From: an uncultured Bacteroidia bacterium
Lineage (GTDB): Bacteria; Bacteroidota; Bacteroidia; Bacteroidales; CAJPTX01
Direction: 5' to 3'
Assembly (NCBI GenBank): GCA_963540065.1
Contig: CAUTNK010000007.1
Location: 32,065 to 96,064, forward strand
Length of the DNA: 64,000 bases
Under the pieces are notes generated by a model. It made no database searches, was not told the origin of the DNA, and worked only from the letters and a program-made list of their open reading frames with translations. The first letter of the stretch is position 1. Each line of letters starts with the position of its first letter. Below, in pieces: positions 38,157 through 47,700 of the stretch. Position numbers and translations under genes: made by a program.

Positions 38157-39665
38157 ATGGAAATTAGATACAGAATATACAGATATATAACCTTGACAAT
38201 TATTGGTTTATCGCTTCTAGGATTCTTTGTTGCATGTACGAAAGATCTCGAGCCACCACAGGCTATCCCAACAGAACGATCGCTCAAAACTAAAAGCGAT
38301 CTCATGGCATGGTACTACGGCTTCTATTCCTATTTCAGAACACTGCAAAACGGCGATTTTGTACTACTGCAAGAGTATCAGGCCGATATGCTCAACGCCA
38401 CGAAAACCTTTGGCAACAGACACTATACTCACCGTTGGGACGACTTCCATGCCTCCGAAAATGCCGTGGGTAATGTCTATCTGGCCTATTATGCTACCAT
38501 TCGCAACATAAACTTTTTCCTGAACAAAGTAGAGAGTTATACGCCAAGTCGAGACTCTGAACGCGATACTGTTAATATTGCCAAAGGAGCTGCGCATTTT
38601 TTCCGTGCTTATTGCTATCACGAGCTGGCTATCCGTTGGTCGCGAACCTATCAACCCGACGAACTCTGTGTACCCAAAGTACTCGAACTCGATCTAAAGG
38701 CAAAAACGAAGCGAGCTACACAAAAAGAGATTTTCGATTATATCTTGGAAGACCTTGATAAGGCTCGTATTTTGCTTTCTAAGCGCGAAGGAGTGACTAG
38801 TGCGGATGAAGTAACTAAGGACGTGGTAAAGGCGCTTAAATCGCGCGTAGCGCTTACTATGAAAAAATGGGACGTGGCTCTATCTACCGCTTCGGATCTC
38901 GTGACCCTCGGAAAGTACTCTTTACTCGCTAGTGCTGTAGATGTGGAAAAGTATTGGCACGACGATAAGCCTACCGATGAAAGCATTATGATGCTGTACG
39001 GAAATTTCGCGCTCGCCGAAAATACCCAAAGCATGTACCCACTTATGCGTCGCAGTCGCGATTACGGTTATATACTACAACCCGACTGGCTACCCTCGCA
39101 GTGGGTGCTGGATCTCTATGCTCCTAATGACTGGAGGCGAAATGTCTATTTCCTAGAAGAAGAGCTTCTGGATTACAACAACAATCCGTATCCCAACAAG
39201 GCGTGGGCTGTTAACAAGTATCCGGGCAATAAGATGTTCGATCAGGACGGAAAACGTAACTACCGTCACCTCCCGAAGCCTTTCCGTATAGCAGAGCAAT
39301 ACCTGATTGCTGCAGAGGCTGCTCACGAGCTTGGGCAGGATGCTAATGCGTTAGCTTTTTTGAATGCTTTGCGTGGCAGCCGTGGTTTGATACCTGTTAT
39401 GGCAACGGGTACAGCACTCCGCGACGAGATTCGAAACGAACGGACGCGCGAACTCGCTTTTGAAGGTTTCCGGCTTTTTGACTTGAGAAGATGGGGACTA
39501 CCCTGTAAGCGTCATGATCCGCAAAATGAGGAGTTCTTGAGTGTACTCCCTCGCGATGCCTATGTCGCACTTGAGCGCCCGAACGATCACCCTAAGTTTA
39601 TTTGGCCAATTCCGCACCACGATATTATTTGCAATCCGGATCTGGTGCAAAATCCCGGTTGGTAG
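38157..39665 (+). CDS. SusD/RagB-family nutrient-binding outer-membrane lipoprotein
   Basis: Lipobox LLGFFVAC. TPR-like helical body. C-terminal signature: ERTRELAFEGFRLFDLRRWG...WPIP. It sits 16 nt after the susC-like gene. Confidence 0.9.
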   Translation: MEIRYRIYRYITLTIIGLSLLGFFVACTKDLEPPQAIPTERSLKTKSDLMAWYYGFYSYFRTLQNGDFVLLQEYQADMLNATKTFGNRHYTHRWDDFHASENAVGNVYLAYYATIRNINFFLNKVESYTPSRDSERDTVNIAKGAAHFFRAYCYHELAIRWSRTYQPDELCVPKVLELDLKAKTKRATQKEIFDYILEDLDKARILLSKREGVTSADEVTKDVVKALKSRVALTMKKWDVALSTASDLVTLGKYSLLASAVDVEKYWHDDKPTDESIMMLYGNFALAENTQSMYPLMRRSRDYGYILQPDWLPSQWVLDLYAPNDWRRNVYFLEEELLDYNNNPYPNKAWAVNKYPGNKMFDQDGKRNYRHLPKPFRIAEQYLIAAEAAHELGQDANALAFLNALRGSRGLIPVMATGTALRDEIRNERTRELAFEGFRLFDLRRWGLPCKRHDPQNEEFLSVLPRDAYVALERPNDHPKFIWPIPHHDIICNPDLVQNPGW

Positions 39666-39703
39666 ATTGCTTGCGATAGGGCACGATAGCAGTGCTGTAA
39701 AAG

Positions 39704-40489
39704 ATGCAAGAGCGTGAGAAGGCGCGACGTACAGCGATAGAACTCCTTGCAAAAGAGGACGGAAGGTACAGCGATCTTGTTATTCCGGAGTCGGAAAAGG
39801 AACAGCAAGAACTTTTGCGGGCACTGATGAATTTGCGATCGCCAATGCTACCGCTTTCTGCAGATTATCTGCGTGCACAAGATATAGAGTTGCAAGCGCA
39901 AAAGGACGAAAAAGGTATAGTACGTGTGGCAGAACTCCTCGAAACGCGCTACACCGGATTACGTCTTTGGCAAGGGGATATTACGCGGCTTGCAACAGAT
40001 GCGATAGTAAATGCTGCGAATAGTGCGTTGTTGGGGTGTTTTGTGCCTCTACATCGCTGTATAGACAATGCGATACACTCAGCTGCCGGTCTGCAACTTC
40101 GTATGGCGTGCTACGAGCTTATGCAGCAACAAGGGCAACCAGAACCTACGGGCGCAGCAAAGATCACACCGGCATTTAACCTCCCTTCTCGTTTTGTGAT
40201 ACATACCGTGGGCCCTATTATTCAGACAGCGCAACCGAGCTCAGAGCAAGAGCAACAGCTTGCCGATTGTTACCAAGCGTGCTTAACGGTAGCTGACCAA
40301 TATCGGTTACAGAGTCTGGCATTCTGTTGTATATCGACGGGCGAGTTCCGCTTCCCCAACCGACTAGCAGCAGAAATAGCAGTAAGGGTTGTTAGGCAAT
40401 TTTTAGATACGAAGCAATCTACCTTACAGACCGTTGTTTTTAATGTCTTTAAGGATGAAGATTACCGAATTTATCAGCAACTTCTTTAA
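39704..40489 (+). CDS. Macrodomain protein-ADP-ribose hydrolase (MacroD-like, Zn-site variant with a helical N-extension)
   Basis: LWQGDITRLATDAIVNAANSALLGCFVPLHRCIDNAIHSAAG ... FVIHTVGP ... ISTGEFRFP. The GC..P.H.C cluster matches my recollection of the Zn-binding, sirtuin-linked macrodomain class. Confidence 0.85.
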   Translation: MQEREKARRTAIELLAKEDGRYSDLVIPESEKEQQELLRALMNLRSPMLPLSADYLRAQDIELQAQKDEKGIVRVAELLETRYTGLRLWQGDITRLATDAIVNAANSALLGCFVPLHRCIDNAIHSAAGLQLRMACYELMQQQGQPEPTGAAKITPAFNLPSRFVIHTVGPIIQTAQPSSEQEQQLADCYQACLTVADQYRLQSLAFCCISTGEFRFPNRLAAEIAVRVVRQFLDTKQSTLQTVVFNVFKDEDYRIYQQLL

Positions 40490-40514
40490 CGCGTAAGATT
40501 GTGGCACAGAGGCT

Positions 40515-40700
40515 ATGTTGCATTGGGTGGAGAGGCTCCGGAAAGCGCAAAAAGTACTCGCAGATGCCGAGTATGTATTGAGTGGTGGTGCAGACTTTCG
40601 GCTGCTGCGGCTTAATAAGGAATATCCTGAAAGCGTTGGAGTTATTGCTAATTGTATCTCCTTCGACGAAGATATGACTACGGTGTTGAAAGCTCTGTGA
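40515..40700 (+). pseudogene. Possible internally deleted Sir2-family (SirTM-like) relic, 61 codons
   Basis: The N-terminal LRKAQKVLADAEYVLSGGAD resembles a sirtuin start (..A..I...GAG.S). The C-terminal LLRLNKEYPESVGVIANCISFDEDMTTVLKAL resembles a sirtuin end (L.IN.E.T..D.....I.GD...VL..L). The Rossmann/Zn core between them is missing. This is motif-level resemblance only. Confidence 0.3.
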
Positions 40701-40922
40701 CTGACACTATTTTGATATAGCGGTATTTATTTTACAAAGAATTGCTTACTTTTGGCAGTAAGGTTGAGTTTTCGTAACTTGTAACAACAAAATATCTGGT
40801 TGCGTTTCCGAGAGAACGGAGACGGTGTTTACGAACTGTTATTGGAGTCGAGAGAATGAGCTCGGGGTGTTGTAATCAGCTATAACTCCGAGGCTTAGTT
40901 GCTCCAATCAGGAAGGGCTAGA

Positions 40923-42839
40923 ATGATGAGAAGGACAAACCTAGGTGGGCGTACCCGCAGGGGTTATTCGCTAGCGAAAAGGACTCTTGCGTTGTTGTGT
41001 CTCGGATTTTGTTGTTTGAGCACAGGTCTCTATGCACAGCATGTATTTGTCCCCTTTGCTCGAAACGATTCCGCCGCCCGCAACCTACAGGATAGTTTGT
41101 ACAGAGAGCATCTAAAATCGGGTAACTTAAAGGAAGCTGCTCGCCAGTTGGATCTGAATGCCATGCTCTTTTGGCTGCACAATTCGTACGATACGGCAGT
41201 GGCTTATTTCAATCGGTCGCTAGAGCTTAATCAGCGTCTCGGGAATCAGAACGGTATTGCGGGTATTAACAGCAATCTTGCTTTTATTTACGCTGATAAG
41301 GGCGATTATCCCAATGCGTACAAGTACTTCGAGATGACCCTTGCTGTACGGAAAGCTAAAGGCGACGACTTGGGCGTTATCTCGGCGCTTGTTAACATTT
41401 CGATAGTGCTCAACGATATGGATCGTTATGAGGAAGCCGCTACAAGACTCGAGGAAGCGCTCCGTCTTGCCCGGCAGACCAACGACGAAAAGCAGATGCG
41501 GAGCATCTATGGCATGCTTACCGAAACCTACCAAAAGTGGGGGAAAGCCGAGAAAGCAATGTATTACTACGAGTTCTATCGCTCGTTCAACGAGTACGTC
41601 GTCCAGCAAACGGTTGTAAAAGCTAATGAGGCGCTCGCATTACAGAAGATAGAGCAGGAGAAACTGATTATAGAGAATCGAAATAAAGAGCTCGAGATCG
41701 CGCTAAAAGAAAAGGAAAATGCCCAAAAGCAAGAGGAGATAGGTGCCCTTACACAAGAACAGCGGTATCTAGTCGACTCCCTCGCTCGTTCGGGACGCTT
41801 GCGCGATATGCTTGAGGCAGAAAAGAAAGCGAAAGAGGCAGAAAACGAAAATCTACGGCGAGAGAAAGTTTACGGCATTACGTTTTCCATCTTTATTTTT
41901 GCTATCGCACTCTTATTGTTAGCCTTTTTGCTCTACGTGGTGATGGATCGTAAGCGAAAAATGAAGCTCAATGAGCAAATAAAGGAGCAGAATATAGTCT
42001 TGGAAGAGCAAAAGAATCAGCTTGCCGAATCCTATTCCAAGGAGAAAAAGGCTCGTGTACTGTTGGCAGAGAAGAACGACGAAATCAAGTCGAGTATCCT
42101 CTACTCTAAGAATATCCAAGATGCGGTAATGTGGCATAACACCCCGCTGCAGGAGCTCTGTGCCGATTCTATGGTTTATAACAAGCCGTTAGCCATCGTT
42201 TCGGGCGATTTTTATTACTCGCGCGAATTACCAACTGGCGAAAAGATTATAGCACTGGGCGATTGTACGGGGCATGGAGTTCCGGGGGCATTCCTCACTA
42301 TCCTAGGTATGATGACCCTTGACCGTGCTATCTACGATCAGCATCTCACCAACTGCAACGATATCCTCCACTGTCTCGATGCCGAGATCCGGATTCTGAA
42401 TCAAAAGAATGAGATCCCGTATCACTCTATGGAGATTTCCCTTTGCGTAATAGATCGCGAACGGAAGACGTTGCATTTTGCAGGCTCGCGTACGGGGATG
42501 TACGTTGCAGATGGCAAGAGCGTGGAAAGTGTGAACGGGTCGTATTTTATCCTAGGGCATCGCAATCCGCTAATTGGTACCGAAGCGCCACAGTATCCGG
42601 TGCATGAGTTCGCTTTAGTACCGGGGATGTGGTTCTATATTTTCTCGGATGGCGTCTGCGACCAATTTAATGAAAATGGCGATCGCTTTGCAAAGAAGCG
42701 TGTCCGCTCCACGATCGAGTCTATTTCCGGTGAGACAGGGGAGCAACAATTAGCACGTTTCTCGGCACTCTTTGCACAATGGCAAGGTCAGGCTGATCAG
42801 ACTGACGATATTCTCTTCCTAGGTTTCCGCCCATTATAA
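40923..42839 (+). CDS. TPR-repeat sensor fused through one TM helix and a coiled coil to a PP2C (SpoIIE-type) phosphatase
   Basis: The ORF-track TTG start is 40899; ATG-ATG at 40923 is more likely. Signal peptide LALLCLGFCCLSTGLYAQ. About 5 TPRs (..AVAYFNRSLELNQRLGNQNGIAGINSNLAFIYADKGDYPNAYKYFEMTLAV..). TM helix ITFSIFIFAIALLLLAFLLYVV. PP2C domain: SGDFYY, GDCTGHGVPG, FSDGVCDQ, QTDDILFLG. Confidence 0.9.
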   Translation: MMRRTNLGGRTRRGYSLAKRTLALLCLGFCCLSTGLYAQHVFVPFARNDSAARNLQDSLYREHLKSGNLKEAARQLDLNAMLFWLHNSYDTAVAYFNRSLELNQRLGNQNGIAGINSNLAFIYADKGDYPNAYKYFEMTLAVRKAKGDDLGVISALVNISIVLNDMDRYEEAATRLEEALRLARQTNDEKQMRSIYGMLTETYQKWGKAEKAMYYYEFYRSFNEYVVQQTVVKANEALALQKIEQEKLIIENRNKELEIALKEKENAQKQEEIGALTQEQRYLVDSLARSGRLRDMLEAEKKAKEAENENLRREKVYGITFSIFIFAIALLLLAFLLYVVMDRKRKMKLNEQIKEQNIVLEEQKNQLAESYSKEKKARVLLAEKNDEIKSSILYSKNIQDAVMWHNTPLQELCADSMVYNKPLAIVSGDFYYSRELPTGEKIIALGDCTGHGVPGAFLTILGMMTLDRAIYDQHLTNCNDILHCLDAEIRILNQKNEIPYHSMEISLCVIDRERKTLHFAGSRTGMYVADGKSVESVNGSYFILGHRNPLIGTEAPQYPVHEFALVPGMWFYIFSDGVCDQFNENGDRFAKKRVRSTIESISGETGEQQLARFSALFAQWQGQADQTDDILFLGFRPL

Positions 42840-42853
42840 TTCGAATACTAACG

Positions 42854-44635
42854 ATGCGACGATCTCTGCTCTTATTCTTTGCAATAGTATTAGCCTTGTT
42901 GGGTAGCGTGTGTACGACTCGAGCACAAGCGGATACCTTACCTGAGCCCGAACACCGCACTTGGCGCGATACTGCAACAGGTAGGCTCTACTGGAACAAG
43001 CATCTCCCGGTGTATTTGTATATATCACCCACGCCCGACGGACAGAATACCCATAAGCTCGAGAGCGAGAGTATGCCACGTTATGCTGCACCGTTTTATT
43101 TCGATACGGAGGGACGTAATTTCCTTCGGACGCGTTGGGCAGTCGATCCTGATACGCGAAAGACGATAATGCCGAAAAAAGAGATCCTTTGGGAGGTTTA
43201 CGCCGATGGTCTGCCGCCACAGACACAGATTACCTTCCGGGATGCAAAGGGAGTTCTGAATACTAAGCGTTATTTGGGTGTCGGTGCATCGTTTTCGTTG
43301 AGATCTAAAGATGCGGTCAGTGGTGTTGAGAAGATTTTTTATTCGGTAGACGGCGATGCTTTTAAAGCTTATGACGATGTGTTATTGCTTACTGGCGAGG
43401 GACAGAAAGAGATCCGTTATTTTGCCGAAGACCGTGTAGGAAATCGCGAAGCTATGCATACTACTACGGTTAATATCGATGTTACGCCACCTACAACACG
43501 CAGCGAGGTGATAGGCGTTGTACTCGGTAATGACAATACGCTCAATACCACGTCGCAGATCCAGCTGACGGCTAGCGATGCCCTGAGTGGGATACGCGCT
43601 ACCTACTATCGCATCGATTCTACATCGCGCTGGAAACCTTATACGGCACAAACGAAAATCGGTATGAGAAACATCGCCGACGGCAATCATACCTTGGAAT
43701 TCTACTCCGAAGATAAGCTCGGAAATAAGGAAGAGGTAAAGCGTTGGAATTTCTATTTGGATATTACGCCCCCGATTACGATATCAGATGTCCTGGGCGA
43801 CAAGTTCTTGGTAAACGATACGCTCTATTTTTCGAGTCGTACCAAGATGAAGATTACTGCTGTCGACAATCACTCCGGGGTTAAGGAGATTCGCTACTCG
43901 GTGGACGGTGGTCCGTTCGAAGTTTATGATACGCCGTTCTATATGCCTAATGTACAAGGCTGGCACACAGTGAAATACTATTCGGTAGACTCGACCGACA
44001 ATACCACCACCTCGATAACTGGTGCCGGACTCTATGAGTATAGGATGAAGATTGATAAGGTATTTGTGGATCTTACGGGACCGACAATAGATTATAAGAT
44101 TAAAGGAAAGAGTTTTACACGAAACGATACAACATTTATAGCATCAAGTTCGGCGATAATACTCTCGGGCTATGACAAGGAATCCGGACTCAATCATCTA
44201 GCCTATGCAATAGACCGAGACCCGTGGGAAAAACTCTATGAAGCTCCGTTTACTTTGGAAGGACTAGCATCGGGCGAACACGAAATAGAATACTTTGGAT
44301 ACGATAACGTCGGAAACCGAAACGTTAAATCATTCCCAGTGATTATAGATAGCGATGCGCCAAAGGCTGCCTATCACTTAAGTGTACAGCCCTACAAGGA
44401 CGAAAAAGATGAGAACGGAAACCCTATATATCCATTAGATGCTACGGTTTACCTATCGGCGCAGGATAATATGACAGGAGTTGCGCGCTTGCAATACTCA
44501 TTGAATGGGAAACCGCTTGTCGACTACAAGCAGCCTTTCCGAGGTCTGGAACGTGGTAAAAACCGCTTGAAGATTATAGTAACCGATTGTGTGGGGAATC
44601 AGCGTGAGTATCTCGAAGTCTTCGAAGTAAGGTAA
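42854..44635 (+). CDS. Secreted protein with five tandem ~95-aa Ig-like/beta-sandwich repeats
   Basis: Signal peptide MRRSLLLFFAIVLALLGSVCTTRAQA. Five repeats carry the signature D..SG[VIL]....Y..DG/D..[FW]..Y........G.H.[IL].Y...D..GN. Examples: DAVSGVEKIFYSVDGDAF, DALSGIRATYYRIDSTSRW, DNHSGVKEIRYSVDGGPF, DKESGLNHLAYAIDRDPW, DNMTGVARLQYSLNGKPL. The gene starts 14 nt after the TPR-PP2C gene. Confidence 0.8.
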   Translation: MRRSLLLFFAIVLALLGSVCTTRAQADTLPEPEHRTWRDTATGRLYWNKHLPVYLYISPTPDGQNTHKLESESMPRYAAPFYFDTEGRNFLRTRWAVDPDTRKTIMPKKEILWEVYADGLPPQTQITFRDAKGVLNTKRYLGVGASFSLRSKDAVSGVEKIFYSVDGDAFKAYDDVLLLTGEGQKEIRYFAEDRVGNREAMHTTTVNIDVTPPTTRSEVIGVVLGNDNTLNTTSQIQLTASDALSGIRATYYRIDSTSRWKPYTAQTKIGMRNIADGNHTLEFYSEDKLGNKEEVKRWNFYLDITPPITISDVLGDKFLVNDTLYFSSRTKMKITAVDNHSGVKEIRYSVDGGPFEVYDTPFYMPNVQGWHTVKYYSVDSTDNTTTSITGAGLYEYRMKIDKVFVDLTGPTIDYKIKGKSFTRNDTTFIASSSAIILSGYDKESGLNHLAYAIDRDPWEKLYEAPFTLEGLASGEHEIEYFGYDNVGNRNVKSFPVIIDSDAPKAAYHLSVQPYKDEKDENGNPIYPLDATVYLSAQDNMTGVARLQYSLNGKPLVDYKQPFRGLERGKNRLKIIVTDCVGNQREYLEVFEVR

Positions 44636-44742
44636 CATCTTCCATTATGGGGAATAGTAGCGTAGCCTGATACGCACAAAATGTAATATGCTTATTTTCG
44701 AATTTTGTAATAGGCTACGCAACTCAAACTGAGCGACTCTAA

Positions 44743-44790
44743 CTGCAGAAATGTGCTAGCTAGTGCAACGCATTTCTGCAGCTATTTTAT
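44743..44790 (+). terminator. Strong hairpin (terminator-like) abutting the R-M gene start
   Basis: Perfect 11-bp inverted repeat CTGCAGAAATG (44743..44753) / CATTTCTGCAG (44771..44781), followed by ctattttatt. It ends 5 nt before ATG 44796. Confidence 0.5.
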
Positions 44791-44795
44791 TGTTC

Positions 44796-47700
44796 ATGCT
44801 TACTCCCTTGCAAAACTATCTGCGACGCCTAGCTCAAGAATACAAAACAGGGCTGACTACGGAGCATAGTCTTCGCCCAGCATTGGTAGAGTTACTCTCT
44901 TCTTTGCCAGAGCTTACACGTTTTCGTGTAATCAACGAGCCCAAGCGCATCGAGTGTGGCGCGCCCGACATCGTACTGCTCAACAAAGAGAATACCCCCG
45001 TCGCTTACCTCGAAACTAAGGACATCGGCGATGCTGATCTCCGCGGCACCAAGCAGAATAAAGAGCAGTTCGATCGCTACAAACAAGGGCTTGATTGTAT
45101 CATCTTTACCGACTTCCTCCGTTTTTTGCTCTACCAAGAGGGGGAGTGCCTGCTGGAAGTACGTGTCGCGGAGCAGGATGGCGATCGCTTAACAACCCAT
45201 CCAGATGCAGAGGCTAAGTTTGCTGAACTGGTGGCACATCTATGCGATGCGCAACCAGAGCCCATCACCTCTCCTAAGCGGTTAGCGCTTCTGATGGCAG
45301 GCAAGGCACAGCTGCTGGCACGCTCGATAGCTGCCATTCTTACAGACGAAAAGAGCGAAGCGGCACAGGAGCTCCTCCAACAAATCGCGAGGATGAAAGA
45401 GGTTTTGCGTAGCGATGTCTCGCCTGTCGAATTTGCCGACTGGTACGCTCAAACCCTTGTTTACGGCTTGTTTGCAGCGCGGTACCACGACGATCATCCA
45501 GAGACTTTCTCTCGCCAAGAAGCTGCCGAGCTCATCCCCCAAAGCAACCCCTTCCTGCGCAAACTCTTCCAGCGTTTGGGTGTTTACGATCTCGATGTCC
45601 GCGTGGCGTGGATTATCGATGACCTTGTGGGCGTTTTTGGTGCAACCGACGTGCGAACGCTTCTCGACGCCAACAAGGCGGAGCGCGATCCTGTCATGCT
45701 CTTTTACGAGGATTTTCTCACTGCTTACGATCCTGCCCGTCGGAAAGCAAGAGGGGTTTACTATACGCCAGCGCCGGTGGTCTCGTTCATCGTTCGTTCG
45801 GTGGACGATTTGCTACAAAAGGAGTTTGGGCTAAAGGATGGACTGGCTGATCGTTCGCAAGCTGCAGACGGCAAGCACCGATTGCAGATCCTAGACCCTG
45901 CTACGGGGACGGGGACATTCCTCGTTGAGGTGGTTCGCAAAATCTATAGCAAGTTCGCAGGACAAACGGGCGTGTGGAACGATTATGTTCGCGATCATCT
46001 CCTCCCGCGCCTGCATGGTTACGAGATTCTGATGGCACCATACGCGATGGCACACCTGAACTTGGAATATGTTTTTCGCGAAACCGGCGCTACCTTCCTT
46101 GGCGAGTCTCGCTATGGTATTTACCTCACCAACACCCTCGAGGACTCGCATTTTGACGGTAATCTCTTCTCGCCCATAGACCAAGAGGCGAAGGCGGTGA
46201 GCCAGTTGAAACAGGATATGCGGGTGATGGTCATGCTCGGCAACCCGCCCTACAACGTAAGTAGCTCAAATAAGAGCCAATGGATAGAAGACCTGATGCT
46301 GACCTACAAAGCTGATCTGAACGAAAAGAATATTAAGCCTCTTTCGGACGACTATATCAAGTTTATTCGTTTTGCGCAATATCAGATTGAAGAAAGAACC
46401 CAAGAGGGGATTGTGGCTTTCATCACGAACAATCGTTTTCTAGATGGCGTTGTGCATCGCCAAATACGTAAGGAACTCTTGCGGGTATTCGATGCTATCT
46501 ACATCGTCAATCTGCATGGTAACAGCCGTACAAAAGAGAAGACTCCCGAGGGCGGCAAAGACGAAAATGTGTTTGATATACAGGCCGGTGTAAGCATTAA
46601 CATCTTTGTAAAACATAAAGAATCTAAGAACTCGCTCGCAAAGCTTTACTATCGCGACCTGTATGGTTTGCGCAAAGAGAAGCTGACCGCGCTTCATTCG
46701 TTGTACTTGGATAGTACTCTCTGGAAAGAATTAACTCCTGTAGCGCCGTATTATTTCTTTGTGGAAAAGGATTTTGCGAGTGAAGAAGCATACCGTGCTG
46801 GTTTTTCATTGACCGACCTATTTTACTCTTACAATTCGGGAGCGATAACTGCACGTGATGAAGCTATTTTACAAATTACATGTAATGAGGTCGCAATTTT
46901 CTTGGAACAAGCTAGAATTTTGTCAGAAGATACGTTCCGTATTCGTTACCACCTCGGAAAGGATTCGCAAAACTGGAAAGTAGCTGTAGCACAGAAAGAT
47001 GCGAGAGAAAAGGACGTTATTACACTGAAATATTTTTATCGCCCCTTTGATTACCGCTATGCGCCATACACGGGATACAGAGGTCTTTTTGCGCGCCCGT
47101 ATTTCAAAAAATTAGGAGTGTTACTTCATCCTCAGAATTACGCATTGTGTACCACACGGATGATTACGGCTTTTGATAATTATCAGCATTGTTTTGTGAG
47201 TAAAAATCTTACAGATATTTCAGCAATATCTAATAGAACAAGTGAAGTAGCGTACGCTTTCCCCCTCTACCGTCTCCCCGAAGGGTGGGACTATACCCCC
47301 GCCGAGATAGTTGCTGGCATAACGAAGGATGGCAAAAAGATAGAACTCGAACTCAACATGCGCCCAGAAATCCTAGCTAAAATAAGCGAAACAATTGAAG
47401 AACCTGTACGTGGCGAGGAAGTGTTTGATTATATCTACGGCGTGCTAAATGATAAGGAGTACCGCACCAAGTATTTCGAGTTCCTCAAGATAGAATATCC
47501 GTGCATCCCATACCCCAAGGACAAAACAGAGTATCAGCGCTTTGTTGAGCGTGGCACTTGGTTGCGTCGCCTGCACCTGATGGATGAGACCCTAGCCCTC
47601 CCCCCAGTCGCTACCTTCGATATCGCAGGCACTAACCTTGTAGAATGTGTTCGTTATGACGAATCTGCGCAACGCCTCTGGATTAACGATACCCAGTACT

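Noticed and set aside
40741-40922. Structured leader upstream of the TPR-PP2C gene as a riboswitch or sRNA. It has a TActTTTG box at 40747..40754 and hairpins near 40803..40824 and 40860..40893.
   Set aside because: The hairpins are short and imperfect, and I cannot match them to any known riboswitch core. I left it as a possible long 5' UTR only.
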